A stretch of 63,862 nt of DNA, counting the filler, from Craspedostauros australis (Eukaryota), in assembly GCA_030167865.1 (NCBI GenBank). It is 12 parts of 12 records of this genome, joined end to end, with 100 filler letters (N's around TTAATTAATTAA, not from the genome) between each part and the next. Parts side by side here need not be neighbours in the genome. Positions count along the whole stretch, not along the records: positions 21,753 to 26,722 come from JALAGF010001878.1; positions 26,823 to 31,361 come from JALAGF010001879.1; positions 31,462 to 36,426 come from JALAGF010001880.1; 9 more parts are not named here. One strand, written 5' to 3'. The notes beneath the pieces are model-generated. The model saw only the letters and a list, made by a program, of their open reading frames with translations. It had not been told where the DNA came from and made no database searches. Position 1 is the first letter of the stretch, and each line of letters opens with the position of its first letter. The position numbers and the translations under genes are program-made. Shown piece by piece: positions 21,753-32,873 of this stretch.

Positions 21753-24700
21753 TCCGAAACCACAGGTAGACCGGGAATGTAGGTGTCTTCCCCAACACAC
21801 TCCTTTGATCCCACCAAGGCTTCCTTGTATGACTTGACCTTGGTGGTATCACCAGCATGGTGGTTGAGGATGATATCCCGGAACATTCTGAATTTGGTCC
21901 CTTGCAATGGCTTTGTGAAGAAATCTCCGAGCATGTCATCAGTGGGACAGTACTCGACGGTGATGTCTCCTTTTTCAATTCGGTCTGTGGCAAAGAAAAA
22001 CCGCATGCTGATGTGACGAGTTCGTTTGCTGCTTGAACCCCGACCATTTTGTTCCAGGAGCATTGCGCTCTGGTTGTCCTGATAGATGGTCGTGGGACCA
22101 AGGTCGACACCTTGCTCCTGTAGGAAATAGCGTGCCCATAACACCTGCGGCATGACGTCGTCGACTGCCACAAGTTCGGCTTCTGTGGAGCTCCTGGTGT
22201 TCAGTTTTTGTTTGGATGATGTGGCGTATATCACACCTCCTCCTGCGGACAGACATGCTCCTGTGTGGCTGCGCATGTTGTCATGGACACCGAATGATCC
22301 GTCAACCCACCATCTGATGTCCTTGAGCGCCGACCCACCGAGCGCAAGTGTTAGGTTGCGTGTTCCGCGTAGGTATTTGACAACACGGGCGAGTTTCTTG
22401 TAGTCGTCAGTGTCAGGGGATTTGACCCTAGTACATAGAAAAGACACTGCGGTTTGGATGTCTGGTCTCGCTCGCTTGCAGAGGAATAGCAGTTTTGCGA
22501 CGTTGTGATGAAACATGTCGGCAGTGTCACTGTCTAGCTTGGTCGGATTGTCCTCATTGATGTTGAATAAGTGATTCGCAGCTGGAGTTGCTGCTATGCC
22601 CGACATGTCCCCAGGCACTCCTTCAATGATGCCATCGATGTATTCGGCCATGTCGATGATGATTTTGTTTGGCGTAGAGTAGTCGAGTCGCATCCCCAAG
22701 TATTCGTGTACCTTGCCTCGAGTGACTGTTAGCGGTGTTCTCTGTCCATATGCTTTGTTCAACATACCGATGACATCACTCACGACATGCTCATCCACAT
22801 GTGATATTTTCAGATCGTCCACATGCCATACCACTGTGCACTGTTTACCGTTCACAACCTTGTTCGCGATGCACCAGTCATATGGGTTAATAGTGAACCC
22901 GTCCTCCTCCAGCGTTGTGGTGAGGTGTTTCCACCAGCATAGAGCTGCCTTGAGTGTACCGTAGAGTGCCCTTGTGAGCTTGACGTATATAGCCGATTGT
23001 CCACGTTTCTTGTGGATGTACTCATCATACACGTCTGGGGCGATTTTCCCCAGGATTTCAGCCATTCTTCCCTCGATGAGAACGTGCACAACATCGTCAT
23101 CGTCGAATTTTGCGTGCAGAAATGCGCCTGGCACATCAACGGTTGCGACATCACGATTTTCTTGTGCATCAATAACACAAGTGAACATGAGTCCCAACAG
23201 TGATACTGTGGGCGAGCTCGTCTCATCTTTTGTCATGTATAGACGCTGCTTGCGCCCATCAGCACATCCACGACCCTTGATAATCCCACTCCTTTTCTCT
23301 TTCAAATACATGAGATATCGCAGTGCCTTCCTTCGCTCGTCATGAGTGAGCTGATGCCAGTGCTTGGGCTCGAAGCCCTCCATATCATGGACCTGTTGGA
23401 GTTCTCTGCTGATTGCTTCTTCGCCTCGCTCATGGAATTGTTTCAGTCCTTGTTTCCAGTTCATCTGCTCTGTAACAAAAGTGCATGCCGATGTCTCATT
23501 TTCCGGTATTCCGTTGTTCGGTGCACCCAACTGTATCATCGTGGCGTGTGCTCCATCCCGTCCTGTATGGTGTAGCTTGTAGTAGTCCACTCGTGGACCG
23601 CGTCTTGTACGCATGCGATTGTTGTCTGTGTTGGAGTGTTGTTCTTCTGTTGGAGTGTTGTCTCGGTTCCCGCGTTCATTTCCGACGATTGGGGTTGGGG
23701 TGATGAGTGTGTTGTTATCGCGTGAGTCGGCGGCGATATCGATATCGTCATCTTCTTCGTCGGCGATCACATCGCAATTATGATCGGTTGTTTCGCTGGA
23801 GACACTGTCATCTGTCTTGCTTCCACCATCGTCATAGTCGTCGCCGTCATGGTTGCTGCAGTCGTCATGGTTGTTGTCATCATCATCATCATCGTCATCA
23901 CCATCATCGCGATCATCTTCATCATTGCCATCATCACTGGTATCATCCATCTCGTCATCCAGTGATTCGTCGCTTGCACTTGATGCATTGTCTTCGTCTT
24001 CATTGTGGCCTGCATCGTTGNTGCCGGTGTCGGGGTATAGTTCGATACCATGACTGGTGGTAAAATGGAGGTTCTTCTCGGATTTGGNTGCCTTGGCCAG
24101 TGCATGTACGTGGTCTATCACTGATTGTGGCATGGGGATCTCTGTCCAGCTGCGGCGATGAATGCAGCGTCCGGTAGTCAGGCTGTAGAAGACGTAGCCA
24201 CCTTGGATGTTGCCGGATGGTCGCAGAGCGATTGCTCCAACGGTGCGTGGTTGCATGGAGTTATCGTGCTGTTCATGTGTTTGCGCGTAGCTGCCGAATT
24301 CGATTCTGCAGTGCGCGTTGTAATCGAGCTTTCTCCCGACCACAATTTCTGCTGGGCTCATGCGCTTTGATACGCCATCAGGATGTGGGAACATATTCAT
24401 CCAGTAGACTGAATGATACACCATTTCAATGATGAGCGATGGTGGGTACGCCTTGAATGGTAGAGCATGGTATGTAGATCGAGTGCGCTCCTTGATTGTT
24501 CGAATATAGCGCTCGACTTCCGGCACGTGTTCATCACGAGAGGTCACGTTGATGCTCACACCAACCTCAGACATGTCACCACGGAGCGAGCTGAACTGGT
24601 TGTCAGTCAGCATGATACCAACCCTGAACCCTCGTTGCTTGTACAGCTGGATGATGTTCCTGAACTGCTTCACGAGCGTTGCATTCGACTCGGAGTTGAG

Positions 24701-26605
24701 CTTGACGACGGTTCCGAACTTGAGGTGTTTGGATACGGACACCAGAAATGGAATACCGTTCACCTTCATGATATCCGCAGAGAGCACGACGTCACGATAT
24801 TGCTGCATGATACTGGCTGGCAAATGTGCGATCTTTGCTCGGACGGCCGGGGGTACCTGCCTTGTTGTCTTTCCTTTGAGTGATGGTACATCCGGACCGA
24901 AGATGAGCTCGGCAGTGCGAATGTCCTTGGTTGTGATGGGACAGTTCGGTATCATCCCATTCTTCACGTACTTGATGTAGTTGCGCGTGGTTGGATGTCC
25001 AATGCGCTTCTGAATAGATCTAGCAAGTTGGGCCTGCGAGTAGTCGTAAGTGGAGAAGCTATTTTTGTTATCTTCCACTGTAGTCACGAGAGCTACTTCG
25101 CTGGGGCTTGCCATGTTCAGGTAGTACAGTCCGCGTTGGGACTCGACGAAGGTCCGGGTTGATCCATCCGGCTTGTGTACCACAAAGCTGTTGGTACCAC
25201 TGCTGTCATATGTGACGCGGAACATGGATTTCACGCGGCTGAGTGAGAGGATGTTGGCCACGCCGGATGGGTGGTACCACACTGCGCCATATCCAGGGAG
25301 TGTACCCTTCTTGTTGGTGGTGGTGGTGCCAGCGTTGCAATGGATGGTCAGGGCGGTGTCAACATCATGGATGTCGCGGATGAGTTGTGCGTTGGAGAAG
25401 ACGTCGACCGTGGATTGATTGTCCAGCAGAATCCAAGTGTTGGGAATAGGGCTGTGCTTGTTGTGATTGTGGTGGTTGGTGAGGAAAACGAACTCATCTT
25501 CATCATCCCCCACAGTCGTCGCATGGACGAGGACAGTTCCATTTGCATGGTATTTGGCATGACACTGGTCGGTTGTGTGGTTGCTGCGACCGCATCGCTC
25601 ACACTTGGTGTCGTTTTCGTGTGTGTTCACGAATGCCATGCCTGAATCCTTTGGAGTGTTGTGACTTGGAAGATTCCTTGGATCCTTCGACCAGTGGTTC
25701 AGCATTGTGAACGCCTCCGCCATGGTCTTGGGGTATCGATCATCACCTTTGAGGTAGTCGTTCTGTAGTTCTTCGATGAGGGATCCGTACCGGTGGCGAT
25801 CTGCGCCGAGGATGAAAGCAACGGCAAGGAAGCGCTGCTTGGCATCCTTCCTGATCTCCTTTCGCTCTTCCTCGCTTGGGTCTTTGAGGTTACGCTCCTT
25901 GAGGACATGAAGGGCTGCGCTGGTCACCTCTGTGACATTGGTCATGAGTGTGTCGTTCACATCGACAAGATTGATGAAGGATTCGTAGTATTCTTGTGTG
26001 GTTTGTTTTCTCTTTTGTTGGAAGGTGAGAAGGTCCTTCATGATCATGTGTGCGGCGACCAAGTGGTGTTGGTGTGTTTGGAAATTGAAAACAACACTCT
26101 TTATCATCTTGATGAGGGTGATTGTGTCCATGCTGCTGTTGGCTGCAGAGTATTCTGTCATCTCTTGTAGGCGGCTTCGCATGATCTCTGAGCACTGGCC
26201 CCAGATCAGGGCGTACACCTTTTGGAGGTCCACCTCGGCGTTGGCAAGCCGGGTGGTGTAGAGGGCATACTTGCGCTTCCACTTTTCCTTCTGAATCTCG
26301 GTGGCGTTGCTCGGGTAGTCGGCTGGCTCGGGGATGGACGGCGGCTGGAGGTTTTCAATGGCGAGTGCGACGGCTGGTCCGTATTCCGATCCGACGTACA
26401 CCTTGACTGCATCGAGTGTGCGAGTGAATTCATCGACCTGCTTGGATCGGTTCGCTACACAGTCGAAAACGAATCCCTTCAGGCCAGAGCATGCTCCTTC
26501 GAACTTGGCTGGACGCACGAACGGTGGTCGATGTGGCTTGTTTGTTTTGTTGTTGCTGTCCGGCGCTGACTTTCTCGGCACAGCCGGCTTACTCTCGGTG
26601 CTCAT
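21753..26605 (-). CDS. Copia gag-pol polyprotein, copy 2
   Basis: Translation matches copy 1; includes the Asp-rich IN-RT linker. Confidence 0.95.
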
Positions 26606-26722
26606 CTTTGCTGATAGAGCAAAAATCAATTGTAACTATGTTGTAACAACAGCGCTCTCGCCGGTCTCTACCCGGCTTTGAGCCGAAGGACAGTTCCAGA
26701 CGATGTTACTGTGTGATTGTAT
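21753..26722 (-). mobile_element. Same CoDi copia element, copy 2 (redundant contig; partial LTRs 26639-26722 and 21753-21797)
   Basis: Apparently identical to copy 1 at a 5070-bp offset with the same ends; fills the Asp-rich segment gapped in copy 1; single Ns at 24021 and 24088. Confidence 0.96.
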
Positions 26723-26822
26723 NNNNNNNNNNNNNNNNNNNNNNNNNNNNNNNNNNNNNNNNNNNNTTAATTAATTAANNNNNNNNNNNNNNNNNNNNNN
26801 NNNNNNNNNNNNNNNNNNNNNN

Positions 26823-29059
26823 GCAGCAACCATGACGGCGACGACTATGACGATGGTGGAAGCAAGACAGATGACAGTGTCTCCAGCGAAACAACCGATC
26901 ATAATTGCGATGTGATCGCCGACGAAGAAGATGACGATATCGATATCGCCGCCGACTCACGCGATAACAACACACTCATCACCCCAACCCCAATCGTCGG
27001 AAATGAACGCGGGAACCGAGACAACACTCCAACAGAAGAACAACACTCCAACACAGACAACAATCGCATGCGTACAAGACGCGGTCCACGAGTGGACTAC
27101 TACAAGCTACACCATACAGGACGGGATGGAGCACACGCCACGATGATACAGTTGGGTGCACCGAACAACGGAATACCGGAAAATGAGACATCGGCATGCA
27201 CTTTTGTTACAGAGCAGATGAACTGGAAACAAGGACTGAAACAATTCCATGAGCGAGGCGAAGAAGCAATCAGCAGAGAACTCCAACAGGTCCATGATAT
27301 GGAGGGCTTCGAGCCCAAGCACTGGCATCAGCTCACTCATGACGAGCGAAGGAAGGCACTGCGATATCTCATGTATTTGAAAGAGAAAAGGAGTGGGATT
27401 ATCAAGGGTCGTGGATGTGCTGATGGGCGCAAGCAGCGTCTATACATGACAAAAGATGAGACGAGCTCGCCCACAGTATCACTGTTGGGACTCATGTTCA
27501 CTTGTGTTATTGATGCACAAGAAAATCGTGATGTCGCAACCGTTGATGTGCCAGGCGCATTTCTGCACGCAAAATTCGACGATGACGATGTTGTGCACGT
27601 TCTCATCGAGGGAAGAATGGCTGAAATCCTGGGGAAAATCGCCCCAGACGTGTATGATGAGTACATCCACAAGAAACGTGGACAATCGGCTATATACGTC
27701 AAGCTCACAAGGGCACTCTACGGTACACTCAAGGCAGCTCTATGCTGGTGGAAACACCTCACCACAACGCTGGAGGAGGACGGGTTCACTATTAACCCAT
27801 ATGACTGGTGCATCGCGAACAAGGTTGTGAACGGTAAACAGTGCACAGTGGTATGGCATGTGGACGATCTGAAAATATCACATGTGGATGAGCATGTCGT
27901 GAGTGATGTCATCGGTATGTTGAACAAAGCATATGGACAGAGAACACCGCTAACAGTCACTCGAGGCAAGGTACACGAATACTTGGGGATGCGACTCGAC
28001 TACTCTACGCCAAACAAAATCATCATCGACATGGCCGAATACATCGATGGCATCATTGAAGGAGTGCCTGGGGACATGTCGGGCATAGCAGCAACTCCAG
28101 CTGCGAATCACTTATTCAACATCAATGAGGACAATCCGACCAAGCTAGACAGTGACACTGCCGACATGTTTCATCACAACGTCGCAAAACTGCTATTCCT
28201 CTGCAAGCGAGCGAGACCAGACATCCAAACCGCAGTGTCTTTTCTATGTACTAGGGTCAAATCCCCTGACACTGACGACTACAAGAAACTCGCCCGTGTT
28301 GTCAAATACCTACGCGGAACACGCAACCTAACACTTGCGCTCGGTGGGTCGGCGCTCAAGGACATCAGATGGTGGGTTGACGGATCATTCGGTGTCCATG
28401 ACAACATGCGCAGCCACACAGGAGCATGTCTGTCCGCAGGAGGAGGTGTGATATACGCCACATCATCCAAACAAAAACTGAACACCAGGAGCTCCACAGA
28501 AGCCGAACTTGTGGCAGTCGACGACGTCATGCCGCAGGTGTTATGGGCACGCTATTTCCTACAGGAGCAAGGTGTCGACCTTGGTCCCACGACCATCTAT
28601 CAGGACAACCAGAGCGCAATGCTCCTGGAACAAAATGGTCGGGGTTCAAGCAGCAAACGAACTCGTCACATCAGCATGCGGTTTTTCTTTGCCACAGACC
28701 GAATTGAAAAAGGAGACATCACCGTCGAGTACTGTCCCACTGATGACATGCTCGGAGATTTCTTCACAAAGCCATTGCAAGGGACCAAATTCAGAATGTT
28801 CCGGGATATCATCCTCAACCACCATGCTGGTGATACCACCAAGGTCAAGTCATACAAGGAAGCCTTGGTGGGATCAAAGGAGTGTGTTGGGGAAGACACC
28901 TACATTCCCGGTCTACCTGTGGTTTCGGAACATCCCGACGAAGACCAGACCAGGCAAGGAAAACCAACCGAGACCACACAATCGCTGCGCCAAGTCAGCG
29001 ATAAGATCACAGCAACAGCAAACAACAACAAAGAGAGAGAGAGCAAACAAACACCATAA
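26823..29059 (+). CDS. Copia pol C-terminal part (RT, RNase H); ORF extends 175 nt into the 3' LTR, TAA at 29057-29059
   Basis: WHVDDL, RPDIQTAVSFL, WWVDGSFG, DFFTKPL; the 715-aa ORF ends ...KERESKQTP*. Confidence 0.93.
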
Positions 29060-29174
29060 AAATCAATTGTAACTATCTGATTTACCACCCATACAATCAC
29101 ACAGTAACATCGTCTGGAACTGTCCTTCGGCTCAAAGCCGGGTAGAGACCGGCGAGAGCGCTGTTGTTACAACA
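28885..29174 (+). repeat. Complete 290-bp LTR (TGTTG...CAACA), preceded by a weak polypurine tract GGATCAAAGGAGTG
   Basis: 5-bp terminal inverted repeat; first 45 bp match 16683-16727 (rc) and last 84 bp match 21569-21652 (rc). Confidence 0.92.
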
Positions 29175-29253
29175 CTCTCAACGGAATCAACCATCATGGA
29201 GACAGCGCAGAACGAACCCACGATCACTGCGACTCCATGATTCTCCACCAGGA

Positions 29254-31361
29254 ATGATCGCTCCTGTCAACGGCGATTCCACATCAGCCACCTTGGAACC
29301 ACCACGTGATGACAACAACAACAACAACAACAACAACAAGGACACTGTTGATGGTGACAAGTCAATCAAGTCCTCCGCATCCACAGAACAAACCACATCG
29401 ACCATCGATGTCAACATGTTCGAGCTCCTCGCTGGCCGTGCCGCAACTTGCCTTGCGGAAAGTGACCTTCAACTTGAGGCCACGGGCAAGGACAACACAA
29501 GAATGCCCAACTCATCAACAACATGGATCGATGAAAAGAACCTATTCGCATTCCAAAGGGTCATGGAGAAGATCAAGCTCAAGCTTCCAGATGAACAGAA
29601 GACACCCATGGATCGTGATGACGCATTCTCGTGGATCCGATGGATGAAGTCATCACCCACACCCATGATCGTGGACGTGTCGAAGACCTTCCAGTCCATC
29701 ATCAACGCCACCGTCATCACCGATCAGTCCATGGAACGCATCGATCAAACACGAGAGCAGTTCCTGGCACGATTGCGATGTCGGTTGGTGCTGTTGCCAT
29801 CGGGTGCATCGCTGAAGGGACCGCTGCTGGAACCATCATCGTCGTTGATCTGCGGCAAGCTGCTGTATGGTGGCATCACGCGGTACCGTCTCATCGGATC
29901 TCACAATTCCAACCGTTCACCTCGCAAGGCTGGTGAACGCACAGATATCATGGTGTCATCCAAGGACAACCTGCCAACATGGATCCAGTACGGCGGTCCT
30001 GAAAGGATGTACGAGGCGGTCGACATGGGACCATGCGCCGCATTGGAGGTCCTGCTGATGGCACCTGGACAAGGAATCGTTCCTGAAAAGAGTCCACAGA
30101 TGCAGGAAATGATGATTGAGAACTTGGCATGGAGACCAGAACGGATGTTTGGTCAGTACATGAGTGAGAATGGTGATGGTGGTAGCAACGGGGATGGAGG
30201 GAGCTCGATCAACGATCAGCTGGCAATCCCCATCTCGCTATCTGGCAGTGAACGCAATGACGCATTCCAATCCGACTTCGAATCCTCCGTCGGCGGTCTG
30301 CAGAAAGAGATCAGCTCGATCGTCCGACGTGTGCTCGATGGTCGTGTCATCCGTCCAGCCGATGAGGATGACAACACTGCCATCACGGACAAGGACAGCA
30401 TGAAGGACAAGATCAAGGATGGGGCCAAGGACGAGGTCACGACGCAGCTCAGCCGGACTGCCATGGAAGCCGAAGAGCTGTTGGCGTTGGGCTTGACACC
30501 CGTCCGCGGGCTGTTGCTGTATGGACCTCCTGGATGTGGCAAGACAGCACTCGCAAGAGAGATCGCGCGTGCTCTGCGTGCTCGCAAGCCCAAGATCGCA
30601 TCAGCACCAGAGCTGCTGGATCGATGGGTCGGTGGATCGGAGAAGCTGGTGCGATCTCTGTTTGCTGATGCTGAGGCAGAGCTGGCTGCATGCAACGGCG
30701 ATGTCACGAAGAGTGCTTTGCATGTGATCGTGATCGATGAGGTCGATGCCGTGTTCCGGCGTCGCAGTGCTGGAGAAGACTCCGGTGAGGCCACACGTGC
30801 CAGCGTCGTCAATCAGATCCTGGCGAAGATGGATGGTGTCAACTCGATTGACAACGTGCTGCTGATCGGCATGACCAATCGTCGTGAGCTTCTGGATGAG
30901 GCGTTGCTGCGTCCGGGACGGCTGGAGGTCCAGATCGAGATCCCGCTTCCTGACCGGGAAGGCCGTCGTGAGATCCTGAAGATCCACTTTGATGCGTTGC
31001 GGAAGCGCGGTCGTTTGAGCAAGCCTCTTTGCTCTGCAATCGATGGTATGCCCAGCGATGGCATGTCCATGGATGGTTTCTGGGGTAGTGGAAGTGTAGG
31101 TGTAGGTGTAGGTGCAAGTGGAGATGTAGGTACAGCTGGAGATGGCAGCAACAGCCAGACTCAATCAGTATCGCCGCCAGCACCATCGCCTTCGGTGTCT
31201 CCGGGTCGCAAAAGAGCAGCAGTGCGTCATTTTGTGGGGCGGGTACTGACGGGTGCATCTTCGGCGGTGCGTCCAACCTATGACCTGGCCGCCAGCTATG
31301 CCACAGGAGGTTTTTCGGGTGCCGATATCGCAGGTCTTGTGCGTTGCGCTGGATCCATCGC
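29254..31361 (+). CDS. NSF/Sec18-like AAA+ ATPase, 3' end lost in gap; frame open back to the LTR junction at 29175
   Basis: VGGLQKEISSIVRRVL, GLLLYGPPGCGKT (Walker A), APELLDRWVGGSEKLVRSLF, LHVIVIDEVDAV (Walker B), VVNQILAKMDG, IGMTNRRELLDEALLRPGRLEV, FSGADIAGLVR. Confidence 0.88.
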
Positions 31362-32873
31362 NNNNNNNNNNNNNNNNNNNNNNNNNNNNNNNNNNNNNNN
31401 NNNNNTTAATTAATTAANNNNNNNNNNNNNNNNNNNNNNNNNNNNNNNNNNNNNNNNNNNNGCTTGGGATGCACTATTCTTGTTAAAGTGTAATATTTTA
31501 TCCTTTCCTATGAAGGTTTAGTCAGCATACGATCCACGATGTACAGAATTGGAGCAAACAGATGGATGATGCACATATCTACAACTGAAGTAGGCATTTA
31601 TCCCTTCATTAGATAATGTGTGTTGATAGGAACTTATTAATGTCACAATGCTANAANTNTGATAAACATGTATGATGTGGCTTGTACTTTTCCNGTGTGA
31701 TACAGGTGGTCTACATTGATACACTAGCCTTGGAGGTCGATGCGAAATCTCCGTGTCCATGGAATGTCGCGTGGACATTTCGACGTTTTGAGTCGCGGTG
31801 GAGCACAAAATAAACTGGTTGGTGGAAATTGGCTGGTTCGTGAATTTCCGCGTTGGTTGACGGTCTGATGACGGACGGAGTGGCGGCAAATTCTCCTGCC
31901 CGCTGCGTCTGCTGAGACAGTCAGAGTGCACACACAACGCACACCCGTCGCGTCTGCCGATCGTCACACGTTCACCATTATCCCACGCCGCAGGCTACGC
32001 TCTTTCCAGCTGCACTGCAATTCTGTCTGGAACACTCCAAATTCCCTGCTGCCTTTGCTTCCTCTTTTTGGTGAATGTTGGTGTGCCAATTGGTTGGCTG
32101 ATTGCTGATGCGGAGTGACACAGATTGGCACGGGGTTTTGGGCTCTTGTTTTGTCATTGGGTCTTGTTGCAACAGAATGGCTGTTTGGACACGAGTCGGT
32201 TTCTTGAACCGTTGTGGCGCGCGTTGCAGAATGTCCGCTTTCATCGGACTCGCCGGACCTTTGTCGGACTATTGGTACTTTCATCGAACTTGTGTTCGTT
32301 GGAAGGTGTTCGGTATTCAAACCAAAAGGCGTTAAATGCGTTAAACTACAAATTCAATTGTGGTCCATTGAGTCCACCCAGATTTCGTTTGGGGGATTGG
32401 GGGATTAGTCCATGTGGTCGAACGCAAACGGCATCGAGTTTTAGCGAAATTCCCGTGTCTTGCTGTGAAGATCATGCCGGCGCAGCATTCGCGGCCGCAC
32501 TTGTCTTGGAGTGTTGCATGTATTAGTGTATTTGGTACTAGTGATTTTCTTTATATGTAATATTGGCGAGACTGCAACGCAGCCCTTCTTTCCTGAGGGC
32601 CATGCATTGGTACCAACATGAGTGTCGTTGCGCAACTCCTCAGAACCACCAGATGTCCCGAAGGATGCATGTATGCACGGATGGATGTATGCGTGGATTG
32701 GAAACACCGAACCCCTTTTCGGTGTGCTCCTTTGGCTGGCGTCGGCGATGAACGACGCCTTCGTGAGGCGTGCGGCATTTGGCATCTTGGTCAGGCTGCC
32801 TGGTTGTTGCTTCGCGGCACGATACCCGCAATCCCCTCGTCGTTGGTGTCGTCTATCGGGGTTGTTGAGTCTT

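Larger units (their letters stand above)
26823..29174 (+). mobile_element. 3' half of the same CoDi element (RT-RNase H plus complete 3' LTR) with host junction at 29174/29175
   Basis: Reverse complement of copy 1 from its internal gap onward, continuing through the full LTR into unique sequence. Confidence 0.95.

Noticed and set aside
16683..26722. Tandem head-to-tail retrotransposon array (and inverted third copy)
   Set aside because: Copies are separated by artificial linkers and have identical ends; they are redundant contigs, not real neighbours.
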